Part shown: positions 14,146 to 29,318 of the stretch, piece by piece
How the letters are laid out: every line of letters begins with the position of its first letter
Position numbering within the stretch: the stretch's first letter is position 1
Origin: the human T2T-CHM13v2.0 reference genome, Homo sapiens
Reading direction: 5' to 3' (one strand)
Assembly: GCF_009914755.1 (NCBI RefSeq)
Contig: NC_060927.1
Length of the DNA stretch: 64,000 bases
Made by a program: the position numbers and the translations under genes
The notes under the pieces: generated by a model
The model's database searches: none
Seen by the model: only the letters and a program-made list of their open reading frames with translations
What the model was told of the DNA's origin: nothing

Positions 14146-17100
14146 CTGCCACCATGGCCGCTTTTTTCATGAGCCCACTGGACAATGACAGGGATGGTTG
14201 GGGAGAGGCTGATTAGTATCCACAGAACAGGCCATCCTGTCTACTTAACTCCTAAAATCCTCCTCTGCTGAGGTCGCATGTTGGTGAACATTCCCATGGG
14301 ATACAAATATCTCCACGTTTTTTGCCTATTTAAAGTGGTCTATCCACATATCCTTTCCTCAGATTTCCTTGTCACCAATTTTCGAATCATGTTCCTTCCA
14401 AGTCCCTCACCATTTAGCCAAATCACAGGCCGTAGCCCATGAATCAGCATATAATTGCATGTCTGGCCATTCAAAGTGAACAACCAGGTGCACTGCTCAA
14501 CATTCTGCACATTAAGATTTCCCTTCATCTTGGTCCTTCATAGCCTCCAGGAAAGGGCTGTATTGCTGCAGCTGTTCACTTTGGGCTAGTGCCTGCATAT
14601 TATGCGAAACTATCTGTAAACCATACCTGAATCTTATCTTCCTCCACCAAGTGAATGTGGAGAACTTCCAGTGAGGCCATAGGTGCAGGCTGGGAGAGAG
14701 AAGGTAATGTAGCAGGTAGGGAGACCGTGAGCATTTTGACCACTTATTCATGTAAGATACTTATACCTGATTTAAATATTTATCACTTCTATTGGATGAT
14801 GGAGTGCTACTGTTCACACCTAACTTTATGGCTAAGTAGATCAGATATCACTCCATTCATGATGGGCCACTCAGCTCATACGGTAACTTAGTGGTTGCCC
14901 ATGGCTAAACAGTCAGCCTCTGCTAAGACTTAATAGCAAGCCAAGAGCTATTTCTCAAAAACAGAGTAGTTACCTGCAAAGGATAGCAGTGCTTTGCTCT
15001 AAATCCTAAGGGCCTACACTGTGACTCACCTCTAGGGGCCTGCCAAGGGCTCCAAATGGCTTCCCTATCTGCTGCAGACACTTCCAACACCACTGGATTG
15101 CAGGATCATATGGCCCTGGCAAAGAAGTTGCAAGGCAGCCTGGATCTGTGGCAGAACCTCCTTTTGTTCTGAGTCTCAGACAAAACTGGCTGTTTTTCCG
15201 ATCATTCACTAGATGGGCTGGAGTAACATATCGAAATAAGGAATGTATTGCTTTCAAAATCCAAAGAGGCCCACGAAGCACTGTGGCTTTTTTTTTTTTT
15301 TTTTTGTAGGAGGGGCCATAAGCAACAACTTATCCTCCATCTTAGAAGGAATATCTTGGCATGTTCCACACCAATAGACCCTGAGGAATGTCATTGAGGT
15401 GGAAGATCACTATTTTTCCCCTATTTTGTTTGTCTTTTGTTTTCTTGACTTTATGGGCCTTCAATTTGTGTCCGATTTATTTCTCTGACATACAAATGTC
15501 TTACCAATACATCTAGGGTGGTGGCTACTTCTTGGCCACTAGGTCCAATTAACATACTATCATGGACCAGTGTGATCCCTTATAAAAGGGCAAGACAATA
15601 AAATGTCTGTGAACAAAATTATGACATATGGCTGGAGAGCTGAGAGACCCGAGAGGTAGGATCATGAAGATATATTTCTGGCTTTGGCAGCTAAAAGCAA
15701 ACTGCTTCAAATGGTCTTTATTGACAGGTATGAAGGAAAAAGCACTTTTCAGATCAAGTACCAGGGGATGTGTTCATTTGCTCAAGAAATTAAACCACAT
15801 CTGGTATAGCAGTTGCAATTGGAGTAACCACCTGGTGAAGCTTACAATAATCCACTGTCATTTTGAAAGGTCCATCTGTCCTCTGCACAGGCCAAATAGA
15901 TAAGTTGAATGGTGATGTGGTGGGAATCACCACCTCTACGTCTTTCAAGTCCTTGAATGGGGGCACTGATCTCTGCAATCCCTTTAGGAATGTGCTCTGG
16001 CTTTTGTTTTATTGTATCCCTAGGTAGACGTAATTCTACTTGGCCTTTGCCACCGGAATAGCCCACACTCCACAGGTCAGGGCACCAATGTGGGGATTCT
16101 GTCAGCTGTTGAGTATATTTATGCCAATGATGCTTTCTGGAACTGAAGGAACAACCATGGGCTAGGCTTAGGGACTCACTGGACTCACTGTGAGATGGAC
16201 CTCAACTAAAACTCCATTGATTACCTGACCTCCATAGGCCTGATTCTAAGCTGCAACATTAAATGCAGAATCTCTGCTTAGTGGGCTCATATTAATAAAT
16301 TTGGCCTTACCCAACTTTATATTTCTTCCACTGTTATCCCACACCTTTAGTAACTATTCCCACATATGTTGCCCCTGGATTTCTTCTTGTGTAAATTAAA
16401 AACTCAAGTAATTCTTTTGGAGTGTAGCACTCCAACTTATGGACCACACTTTGTACCTCACCTCTAGGAACTTCTAGGGTCTTAAGTCTATTTAAGGGTG
16501 AAGAAGCAAGGAAAGGTGGTGGGAGTGAATCCTGAGAAGACTCATGGTTGTCTTGCATGGCAATTGCAACTGCTTTAGTGGAGGCCACTGCAATTTCCTC
16601 AGCTAATGCAGTGAATCTCCTCAGATGGGAATGGAGAGGCAGCTCTCAGTCAAGGTGGAGTGGCTTCTCCTACTGGGGTTCACGAGGGACCCCATTGACA
16701 TTTAGGGGTTCAATGGCACTGAGGTTCATCAGGGCCTTCCCACACGGGCCCATGCCAACTTTCAGGATACCATTCCTTCCCAATCAATATCCTCACTTTA
16801 ACAGTTCATACTTAACAAGGCTGGGAGTTCAACTTGCATTGTAATTCAGCAAGTCACAGAATGAGAATCTGGATTTGATTCTCAGCAATCTCAGCCCTGC
16901 AGCTACCAGAGCTAAGGGTCTTCTTCAGGGCACACATAGAAGCTTTTAGGTCATTTATGCAGCACTTGAGTTGGAAACTCAAATGCCTGAGCTCGTCGTT
17001 TTCTTTTCTTTTCTTTCTCCACTATGTTCAGTGACATTAGAAGCAACCAGCCCATCTCATTATACTCATTAGTTTGCCAAAAATATTTCAAAGTATCTTA

Positions 17101-18635
17101 TACATAGTTAAACAGATTCTTGCTTCTTGTAAGTAGTTGAGTATCCAATGGTGATATTTTGTGTTTCTCCATTGTTACATCATGCCATGAACTATTAGTG
17201 CTCTTTTTACTACTGAAAATAAAATCATTAGTGTTTATAAATTTAATCAGCTTAGAGATCCAATTCCAGATATCCCAGAATTAATTCCTAAAACTCATCC
17301 TTAAAATTCTGTTCTTCTGGAATCACTCTTAGTGCCAAAATTTGTATTAGTTACCATCCTATATGAACAAATAGAACCAATAGGATGTATATATTCACAG
17401 AAAAAAAGATCTATTTATCTGGGTGAGAGAGAGATTTATTATAAAGAATTACCTCACACGATTATACAGAATGACAAGTCCCGAGAGGTGCAGTCAGCAA
17501 GCTGGAGACACAGAAGAGTTGGTGGTATCATTTCAGTGAGTCTGAAGGCCTGAAAACCAGGCAAACCAATCACGTGGCTTCATTTCAATTACTGATAGGC
17601 TCAAGACCCAGGAAGAGCCAATGTTTCAGCTTGATTTTGAAGGCAGAAAGAAACCAATGTCCCAGCACAAGGCAGTCAGGCGGTAGAAGACTGTCCCTTA
17701 CTTTTGGAAGGGTCAGCCTTTTTATTCTATTCAAGTCTTCATCTGATTGGATGGGCCCCCCACACCCCACATTAGGGAGGGCAATCTGCTTTACTCAGTC
17801 TTCTGATTCAAGTGTTAATCTCATCCAAAACACGCTCATAGACATACTCCTAAATAATGTTTGACCAATATCCAGACACCCATGGCAAGCTGACACATAA
17901 AATTAACCATCAGAGATAGTAAAGAAGTTTGCTGCACTTAGGAGCTGGGCAGATAATTTCCTCCTTTCTTTCATTGACAGTAGTCTAAACATCACAAATT
18001 CCTCTTTGGAATAATGTTTTCTAGGCCTTTCTATGTTATAACACAAGCCATACTAGTGATAATAAGCAGTTCATTTTATTATAATGTTGTTTATAGGTTT
18101 TATATTCTACTCTTAAACCATTAAACAGTGCTACCTTGTGTTTAGCATATGTAAGAATTATAGTAAGAAACTGTATAATCATTTACCCTGATGATTATTT
18201 AGAGACAACATCTCCCACTCTTCATTTTTGTTCACTTTCACTTGCCATTTTTCTGAATCTGCTCTGAATTCAGAAGTGGTTTTTTTCAGAAAGTGTTTTT
18301 CTTTGAAGCATTTTGAGCTTTGGATTTTCTCTGTTCTCTTGCTTCTCAATCAATTTAATACAATCTACTTTTCATCATTCATAAATCAACCTGTCCCTTG
18401 TCCGGAAATTCCTCAAGATATCTTATCTGCTCATAGTTTCCTTTCTTTCCTTTTAAGGCTACTATGAATTTCTTCTCAGTTATTAAGGTATTTGGTACAC
18501 AGAAAAAGTTGTAATGAGGAGGTGTGTGGAAAATATGTTTCTAATAGGAAAGAGACAGACTAAACAAGCAGTCAGAAATAGAGGAAACAGAGATGATGCA
18601 GAAATAGAAGAAAGCTTTAACAAATTATAATAGTT

Positions 18636-18926
18636 GGCTGGGCACAGTGGCTCATGCCTGTAATCCCAGCACTTTGGGAGGCTGAAGTGGGCAGATCACG
18701 AGGTCAGGAGTTGTAGACCAGCCTGGCCAACATGGTGAAACCCCATCTCTACTAAAAATACAAAAGTTAGCCAGGTGTGGTGGTAGGCGCCTGTAATCCC
18801 AGCTACTTGGGAGGCTGAGGCAAGAGAATCGCTTAAAACCGAAGGCGGAGTTTGCAGTGAGCCGAGATCATGCCACTGCACTCCAGCCTGGGTGGAAGGG
18901 TGAAACTCTGTCTCAAAAAAAAAAAA
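18636..18926 (+). mobile_element. Alu (AluS)
   Basis: Full dimer; TSD AAATTATAATAGT on both sides. Confidence 0.9.
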
Positions 18927-20112
18927 TTATAATAGTCACAGAGAGATAACAGAATATATTGTAATCATAGACCTCAAATGGGATCCTATTAAAAGTAAAT
19001 GTTCTGAAAAGAATAAAGGTGTCTTAGAAATTCAAAGCAGGATAAAGTTAGTGTAGGAGAGTATATTATCAAAGCAATAATACAATATAACATAATATAT
19101 ATTATATTTATTTTTCTGAAGGTCTCTCTTCTCCGGCCTCTTTTCTCTTTCTCCAATCTGAACTTATATTTCTTCAGGTCTAATACAGCAGTCATCCTGT
19201 GATATCTCTTTGCTTTGCTCTTTCTGAGGTGGTTAATATTTATATTATAAATGTAATATAAAATAATATAAAATCACATTTTATATTTAAAATCAATATT
19301 GAGAAAAGCACTATACTTCTTAATAAAACTCTAGATACCAAAACACCAAATAGTGCACTGTGATTTATATTTATGGAGCAATGCCTTCATATTATTAAAG
19401 AAAATTATTTTCAGTCTACTTAGCCAAACTTTTAATTAATCACGAGGGAGTAATGAAGTTATTTTCAGTCACACAAGATATTGAGAAATATCCCTTCAAC
19501 ACCATCTGCCTCAGGAAGCTTTTGGAGGATATGCTTATGCCAAGCAATGGATTAAGCAAAGCATAGGATCTGGGATACAGAAAAGGAAGGATCTAGCCAG
19601 TAAAGCAGTAAAGCAAAAGACATCCCAGGATAACCACTGTATTGGACCTAGAGAAAGATAAGTTCAGATTTAAGCAGAAGGAAAGAAGGCTGGGACAGGG
19701 GGCCTCAGGAAAAACAAAAACAAAAACAAAAAACAAAAATGAATTTATAGTTTATTTGACATATATTAGCATTTGGAAAGATTATTTATAGGTATTTGCC
19801 ATATCTGTTGGTGTATTTGGAAAAAAATAGAATGCAAAGCAAAGACAAAAGATAAAATTATTAGCTTTAAGAAAAATTATATAAGAAGGGAAAGAATCAC
19901 AGTCAACTACTTGGTTTGACGGTGAACAATCATTTACATGGCCAAAAAAACTGAAATACTGTCTATTGATTTTAACTACATAAAAATCCCATAGTGAGGA
20001 AAATGTGGGATGATAATAGAAAAAGAACAAAATCTTCATTTTAAGCATCATGTGTAAAACTGACTATTCAAAAATGGTAGTATAAAATTATTATTTAAAA
20101 CTATGAAAGTAA

Positions 20113-20436
20113 GTCCAGGTGCAGTGGCCCATGCCTGTAATCCCAGCACTTTTGGAGACAGAGGCAGAAGGACAGCTTGAAGCCAGGAGTTTGAGACAAG
20201 CCCGGGCAACAAACCAAGACCTCCCGCCCCAATACCCTGCCTATATCTACACGAAATTTTAAAAATTAGCTGAGCATGGTGGCATCCAACTGTAGCCCCA
20301 GCTACTTCAGAGGCTGAGACGGGAGGATCCCTTGAGCCCAGGAGCTCAAGGCTACAGTGAGCTATCATTGCGCCACTGTATTCCAGCTTGGGTGACAGAG
20401 CACAAGGACCCATCTCTAAAAAGAAGGAAATAAAAA
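20113..20436 (+). mobile_element. Alu (AluJ)
   Basis: Diverged dimer with AluJ features (GGATCCCTTGAGCCCAGGAG); TSD TGAAAGTAA. Confidence 0.85.
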
Positions 20437-20675
20437 GTGAAAGTAAGTATCAGAAGAAATAGGAAAATGAGTTTAAAATAGGTGAATGGTGAGGCAGGGA
20501 TTACTGATTATAAGTCATTTAGCATTATCTGATTTTTTAAACTGTGTGCATGTATTGTTTTAGCAAAAAGATCAAATCTAAAAAGAATACAGATGCAAAT
20601 AAAATGATACCAAAATATAATGAATATAATTTTAAAACATATTTGTAAATGTTAGTTCTTTCCTAAATGTGGCAT

Positions 20676-21047
20676 TGATATGGTTTGGCTCTGCGTTCCC
20701 ACCCAAATCTCATGTCAAATTATAATCCCCACATGTCAAAGGAGGGATTTGTAATCCCCACATGTTGAGGGAGGGAGGTGCTTGGATCATGGGAGTGGTT
20801 TTCCCCATGCTGTTCTCGTGACAATGAGTGAGTTCTCACAAGATCTGATGGTTTGACAGTTCCTCCTTCATATGCTCTCTCTTGCCTGCTGCCATGTAAG
20901 ATGTACCTGCTTCCTCTTCTGCCATAATTGTACGTTTCTTGAGGCCTCCCCAGCCATGCCGAACTCTGAGTCGATTAAACCTCTTTTCTTTATAAATTAC
21001 CCAGTCTCGGGCAGTTCTTTATAGCAGTGTAAAAACAGACTAAAACA
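20676..21047 (+). mobile_element. THE1 (C/D-like) MaLR solo LTR
   Basis: TGATATGGTTTGGCTCTGCGTTCCCACCCAAATCTCATG...CAGACTAAAACA. Confidence 0.8.
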
Positions 21048-22106
21048 AGCTAATGCTAATACATTGATACTTTATATAGCCTTAAGGAAACAAATAAATT
21101 GATCACATATATATACATATATATGTGTAGCATTAGCTTCATGGTTAATAGCAGTTAACAGACACAAAAGTCAAGGTGACAGACATTACTATTCACCTCA
21201 TGAGTTTAAGGTTAATTGACTAACAATAGTGGCAAAAAATTTTATTGTAAAATCTATTTCTATAGACATGTAGAATCCAGAGACATGAGCATGTATGTCT
21301 TGATGAAGATACTAGATGCAGCATTCTGGCAGTATTTGAAGACTGAATTACAAAAATCTGCTTCATTTCATGGATGTACCTAAAACTTCAGGCCAAAGGT
21401 GCAGCATTTAGAATCTGCAAGGGAGAGGAGGAGACATTAGGAGAGAAAGAAGAAAGTAATATAGGAAAGAAAGATTAAGAACAGATGGCCATTACTATAA
21501 GGAAAGAAGGCACCTTGACTGTGTTATATTACTACTACTACACTGAGTAGTAAAGGAACTAGTATTTTTTCATTAAGCAAGGAGATGCTAGGTGATCCCT
21601 AGGCAGGAAACAACACTCAAAGGACTGTAAATTCTGAATTAGCAAACTTCTTGGAGAGGAAGATGACAAATGATTACCAGGCACGAAGTTCCAATCCTTA
21701 TCTAATACCAGTTTTCTGAAAAAGGAAATTAAGGTGGCATATAGAAATTGTCATAAGTTGTAAAGAATTACCTGATGATATGTATGCCACTGATCTTATT
21801 CCCATTAACTAGCAGATTTTGAAACCTGTCTACGGGGTTTTAGTAGTGATTAAATTTATGTTTGTTATAGGCATTATTAAAGCACAGTGGAGTAATTGAT
21901 ACAATTACTGTAAACATCTAGAAGGCATAAGCTATTTTTAGAGTAAAAATGCAGGGATAATAAAGTCACAACTTTGAAACTGACCCCCCTCCCCAATTAC
22001 CTGCTTGGTAATGAATGACTTGGAAAACACAATGATGACTTAACTTTATAAATGTGCAACTTAATTTTATAAAATAATTCAAAAAAGATATTAAAAATAT
22101 TTGCTA

Positions 22107-22419
<313 letters not shown>

Positions 22420-23013
22420 TCATCAATTAAAATTCTTAAATGAAAATTAAAGAATTAAAATGATTTAATATTTTCACTAATAAGGTAGATGAATTATGTC
22501 ATATTGCTATTCTTTACAGTTTGGATATAACTATTGTGTGAACAGGTTTCAATAAAAGTCTACCTTATATTTTGTGTGTGACAAAAATAATATATAATTG
22601 GTTTAAATAAGTCAACCATACAAGAATGTATAAAAAGGCAGATAAACATTCTCCCCCTTGCCCCATTCAATGTCACAACTTGTCTGTGATTTTAACATTA
22701 GGCGTGTGTCTGCTCATCCGGTACAAATATATTGCACTTATATAGCAGTATTCTGTTTTTTTCAAAAGTGAGAAAATACACTGTAATTTTTTAAACTAGC
22801 AATTACTGTAGACATCTCTTCTGATCCATACTTTTAGGTCACTTAAACAGCTCATAACATAGATGTGTTATAATGTTTTGACCATTGCCCTACTGAGGGA
22901 CATTCAGAATATTTGTAGTTGTTTACTACTATATTAAAATGAACCTCCTTTTACATATATCTTTATATATTGCTATTTCATTTCTGTAGGATATATTCAT
23001 AAAAGTAGAATTT

Positions 23014-23242
23014 GCACTTTGGGAGACCGAGGTGGGCAGATCATGAGGTCAGGAGATGGAGACTATCCTGGCTAACACAGTGAGACCTCATCTCTACTAA
23101 AAATACAAAAAATTAGCCGGGCGTGGTGGCACAGCCTGTAGTCCCAGCTACTCAGGAGGCATAGGCAGAAGTTGCAGTGAGCCGAGATCGCGCCACTGCA
23201 CTCCAGCCTGTGCGACAGAGACTTCGTCTCAAAAAAAAAAAA
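23014..23242 (+). mobile_element. Alu, 5'-truncated with a right-arm deletion
   Basis: Starts at GCACTTTGGGAG; lacks the GAATCGCTTGAACCCGGG segment. Confidence 0.85.
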
Positions 23243-23413
23243 ATCTTTTTGCTAGATGAAAAATACATAAAATCGTCATTATTATCATCATTATTAGTAT
23301 TGAATAGGTACTACATAAGCACAGTAAACAGAAAAACATTCAAAAAGGAAAAAGGGATATAAAAACAAAGTCTATTACACACTGATTCCTGTTATGTTTA
23401 AAAAGTTTGGAGA

Positions 23414-23808
<395 letters not shown>

Positions 23809-24152
23809 TCAATGAAGTTCCTGTCTTTTCAGTAAAATGTCTGTGGCAGGTTCTTACTTTACAGGCATTTAAATTGGTCAGCTCCATCACCTAATAGATT
23901 CTGAAATTGATATTTTATGGATTATATAGACTACCAGACTTTCAAAGGATAGGCAGACCTTTTAAAAAATCTGCAAATTTTGAACTTTTATTGCTCTTCC
24001 TATACAAAACGAGAATCCAGATGAACCAGTGATTAACTATTTACTGGCAACAAGTCTGATGAATACTTAAAGGAGTTGCCTAGAAAAAACAAAGACCTCC
24101 CCCTAATCACACCCAACCCCCAGGGTCACTATAAGATAACAATGACTCTTAA

Positions 24153-24497
<345 letters not shown>

Positions 24498-24984
24498 GGG
24501 ATTTTTATTTTTTCTGCTGTATCCCCCAGTGGCTAGTGTCAGAGATAGAGATTCAATAAATACTAGTTGATTGCATAGTATTCAAATTTGGCCAAGAACT
24601 TGAGGACATGGGCTTTCAAATTATCTGATTCCAACATTTAAGCCAGGAAGAGCTAAGAAGCATTCACTCTAAATAGTATACATAAAAACAATTGAAAGCA
24701 AGTAACATATGGGAAGGGTAATTCCTTAGAAGTGATGTTATACATATGATGCAAATCACACATCACATCAAAGTCTTGTTCTACTTCCTAGTTTTAGCTT
24801 TTTAGCTTTCACAGTGCTAGGTTGGCTCGTCTGATCCCAGAAGTATCCTTGCATCATGACATATCACAGGTACATAATTCAACTCAATTCACACATAAAT
24901 GGGGAAAAAAAAAGAGAAACTTACGAGACTCAGAGGCACATTCAATAGGTTTACATTTAATAAAGGCTGTGGCGAGACACTTTA

Positions 24985-25397
<413 letters not shown>

Positions 25398-25859
25398 CTA
25401 GAAAAAATAAAAACTGCTTGATGATTAATTAATTTTTTGCCAAACAGAAGGGATTAGTAGCAGGATTATTTTCCCTCAAAATTATGTAAAATTGAAATAT
25501 TTTTGATTTGTATGCATTTTTTGTTACAAGTGGTAATGAGAATATAGCAGAGAAACTTATAAATTAGGTCCTTTAATAACTAATACTTCCAAAAGTAAAA
25601 AAAACTAAAATATTTCCAATTAGAAGCAATGATTAAACTTAAATACTATCTATCTATACAACTTGGGAGCAAAAGGGATATCTGTAGCTATGATGTGAAT
25701 CTGATTTGACAGATTATATACTTTTACGTTGAGTATAATGACTAGTATTATAAAAGGGAGCTATAACTAGTAGAAAAATAACTCAGTAAGATTCTGCTGT
25801 TTTGTAATCAGGAAATATATTTGTCATTGACTCACAAAACAAAATGTGCTTTCAAAATC

Positions 25860-28800
25860 TTTTGAAACAATTTTTCTGAAATTTATTTCTAAAAGTCAGA
25901 GACAAAACTTTAGAAGTGACACATTTATACTAAGCATACATGCGTGAGCAAAAAAAATAAGCACAGAATACAAAAATGAAATAGTAAAATTTTAATACAG
26001 TATTCTGAATACAAGTAGAATACCACTAGATAAGAATTGTATTTACCTAAGAAATCTATGATAGTGTGGGTGGAGATAAACCAGTTTAGGATAGCCACTT
26101 CACTATTCACATTTTAATCAGTGCTGACCAGAAGCTAAAGCAATTTCTTTTAGGCTAAGATTGGCAAAAAATCATAGACCCAATTTTCCTTGTTATGAAT
26201 CAAATGAACATGTTTTAAGGTGATTTGCCCTCATTTAACGGTAGCTGGAGTAAGTCAAACCACAGAGAGCCCTTACAAAGACTAAGCACCAAATGATGAA
26301 CTGTTTGTGGCTTTTGTTTTGGGCCATCTTAAGTTTTGTGTTTTCCATTAACATTCATGTGCAAATTCTTACAGGCAAAAGTTTTAACGTGTAAGTTTCA
26401 GCTTGGAGATCTTGCCAACTGTACTTACAACAGTTTTAAAGCAATTGATACTTTCAGAACAATCTCAAGCTTAATTGGTTACCATTATAAGATGCAGAAC
26501 TTTTTAATGTTTTCTGGTCCCTGAAAATTCAATAGGGCCAAATGCATTAACTGGAAATAGCATTTTTTTAAAGTCTTAATCAAAGATGATAATGGATAAA
26601 ACAACTATATAGGCTCTCATACACAATCTTTCTTAATTTTCACCTTGTAAGAAATGATTACAATGTCCTTCAGGCTTGTTATACACCCCCACAGAATCAA
26701 GAAGAAAGCCAACAAAGAATTGAACATTTCAACAAGCTAGGAAATATTTACTGTAAGCATATTGTGAAATTCTGGAAGACATACTATCAATACTTTGAGA
26801 AAACACTATTAACATGTGTTGAAGAAGGCAGTTTATAAATGAAACATTACAAATCTTATGTTTATGCATACAACTTATAAAATAGAAAAAAGCTGCTATT
26901 TTTCCAATAGTATAGCATCACACTAACACTATATAGTTAAGATTGAAAACTTCTGTACACACGTTCACTACACCTCCAAAGCAGCATATGCCTCTTAGAC
27001 ATCCTCATTTGTTATCTAACATATGCCAATCATGGTTTCAGGGATTTGTATCAGTTCGAGCAGGCTAAAACAATCATTCTGCTGTATTTATTTAACTTTA
27101 GACACAGTTAACTAGCTTCAGGGAACAAAAGTTCCATAATCAATGAAGAAACATTAATACCAAATCCCCACAACAGGATGGAAAACATTTCTAAGGAGAG
27201 GATATAATCCTAACAGAATGGACTATGCCCCTAGTTACAGTGAATGTGGGAATTAATTAGGAGTCTGAAAAAATACATTAAGATATATAAAATTTAAGTG
27301 ATTATCAAATCAGTAGTAACTACTAAAACTTAAATATGAATTATTGATGTTTTTCTAATGCAACATCATCCAGTTTACTGCTTAGGACCACTCTCAAAGC
27401 TGATCTGCCATTACATTTTGCTATTAGTGCAAATTAATACCCAAATAATAGGGAACAGTTTGAATCACATGGAATTTCAAAAAACAGAATGATTGTGTAT
27501 CTTTTTGTATTCTGAAAATAGTGCTATAAAACTCAATTATTCCTAGCTTCTAAAATCTACCATCTTAGATAGTTCAAATTAAACATGGTTGCCTGCAAAT
27601 TCTTTTCTAGAGGAAGTAAACGCAAAACACATATGGTTATGTTTTGCTGCTGGTCTCCTCATACATGTGCTTCATCAACGAGAGCACTACTCTAGGCATG
27701 CATTTATCATACTACTTTAACATAACTGAACATGAGGAAAACAGTTCACATTTTGATAAGTGATTTATTTTGGCGGCAGGCTTATTTTTTAATGAAAACA
27801 AATCTCTGAAGTCAAATGGCCAGTTTGACAACCTGAATTAGAAACTTAAGTCTGTAAAAAAATCTTAAGACATGGAAAGCTGTTACTGAAAAATACACAA
27901 TCTAACTTTTTTTCACTTTGGCTTTTTCTTTTATAAATGAAGATTTGTGGTAAAAGTCAAAGATAACTCCAAGTCACACAGGGCATCATTTGTCACTGCT
28001 TTGTAATAGAAATATATAAGTATTTTTAACTTGAATTTCAAAGAATTTAAGATTTTTTATTAAAGCTCTAGTCCAAGTTTCCAGCTGTTAAATTTTTAAA
28101 AAATATAATTTGGGTCTCTGATAGAACTTAGCTGGGCTAAGCTACTTGGATAACCTTACAGGATAGTGAGGTTCAAACAGAGATCATTTCCTGAACATGG
28201 CTGATCTTTAAGAGAACAATTTCCTCACCCAAAGTTATGCAGGATACTGCCAGATCTCCAATACAAAAAACCTGCCAGAATTTCTAGACAATTGTTTACA
28301 ATCCATGTTAAAAACCTTGTACCACCAGAGGCAAAGCAGATAAAGTAAACTTGTTTCTAGTCTAGACTATTCACCTAAATAAACTCATAAAGTTGTAGAG
28401 AAAAATTAATGAATAGAAAGTAATTTTATCTGATCTGTCAGCCAAAAAAAAATTACTAATTCTCTATAATAAAGAGAAAACTCAACCATAAAATGTCTGT
28501 TTAAGTAAAAATGCCAATCTTGAAATCTTTTAACACCAAGACATAGAAAAAAGTTTAGAAATTCAAGATGATGCTTAAAATGAAAGCTATGGTTCGAAAT
28601 TAGTATTCATAGTAAGAGACTAAAATCCTATCACTGCAAAATTCCCCTTGGCTTTTGGCATTGACGTTGAAAGATTTTAGTCTTTTGGTCACTTGAAGCT
28701 GCTACAAAATACAACAATAAGCCTTTAAAATGGGGGCGGGGGAAGTATGGAATTGAAAGATAGTTAAGGTGACTACATCATATACAAGTAAAACATAGTT

Positions 28801-29318
28801 TGAAATAAACAGTCATTTCTGCTAGGGATCTGAAGATATAAGAACAGTTTTCCACTATCCCTTCCTTTTTGAAGAGGATCCTCTAAAGAAAATAATTCCT
28901 TTAAGTTACTGTTAAGTGGTGTTGCCTGGCAGCAGCTTCAATAGGCTAGTCTTCAATCCAAGTAATTAAGTAATCTCACAAGGAATAATCATACATGGCA
29001 ACAGGGTAAAAAAGCAGGGCAGTTCTTCCATGCACAAACATTTCAGGAGAAAAACCATTAATTTTAAAGATAACCATCAGGTTTCAGGTATCCTAGCACA
29101 CTCTAAACCTAGGTTTTGCTTTATACCATTGGTGACTAAAATTAACAATAAGTTTTGCAGTGAGGTGGTTTTTTTTTTGCCTGCAACTATATACACATTG
29201 CAAAACTATTCTGCGTCACATGATTTTAAATGAAATAAATACAAAAATGAACCACACAATCAACACATAACTTTAATACTCCACATTTATCTTGATCACA
29301 ATGGTGGTAACCTCCTAG
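25860..29318 (-). other. CGGBP1: CGGBP1 3'UTR (~3.4 kb)
   Basis: Repeat-free AU-rich stretch between the stop codon and the distal AATAAA; end position approximate. Confidence 0.7.
25882..25887 (-). terminator. CGGBP1: Candidate distal polyadenylation signal (AATAAA) of CGGBP1
   Basis: TTTATT on the plus strand near the end of the repeat-free AU-rich region, followed on the minus strand by U/GU-rich sequence. Confidence 0.55.

Larger units (their letters stand above)
11754..17914 (-). mobile_element. ERVL (HERVL/MLT2-type) provirus, degenerate and internally deleted: 5' LTR 17343-17914, gag ~16300-17250, RT ~15500-16000, RNase H ~14500-14650, integrase, dUTPase ~12570-12800, partial 3' LTR 11754-11900
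   Basis: MLT2 LTR text at both ends; PBS-like TTTGGCACTAAGAGTG inside the 5' LTR and polypurine tract GACAAGGGGTAGG before the 3' LTR; ORF fragments [26 protein letters not shown] (RT) and SAGLEVLVP...GVTDPDYQGE (dUTPase). Confidence 0.85.
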
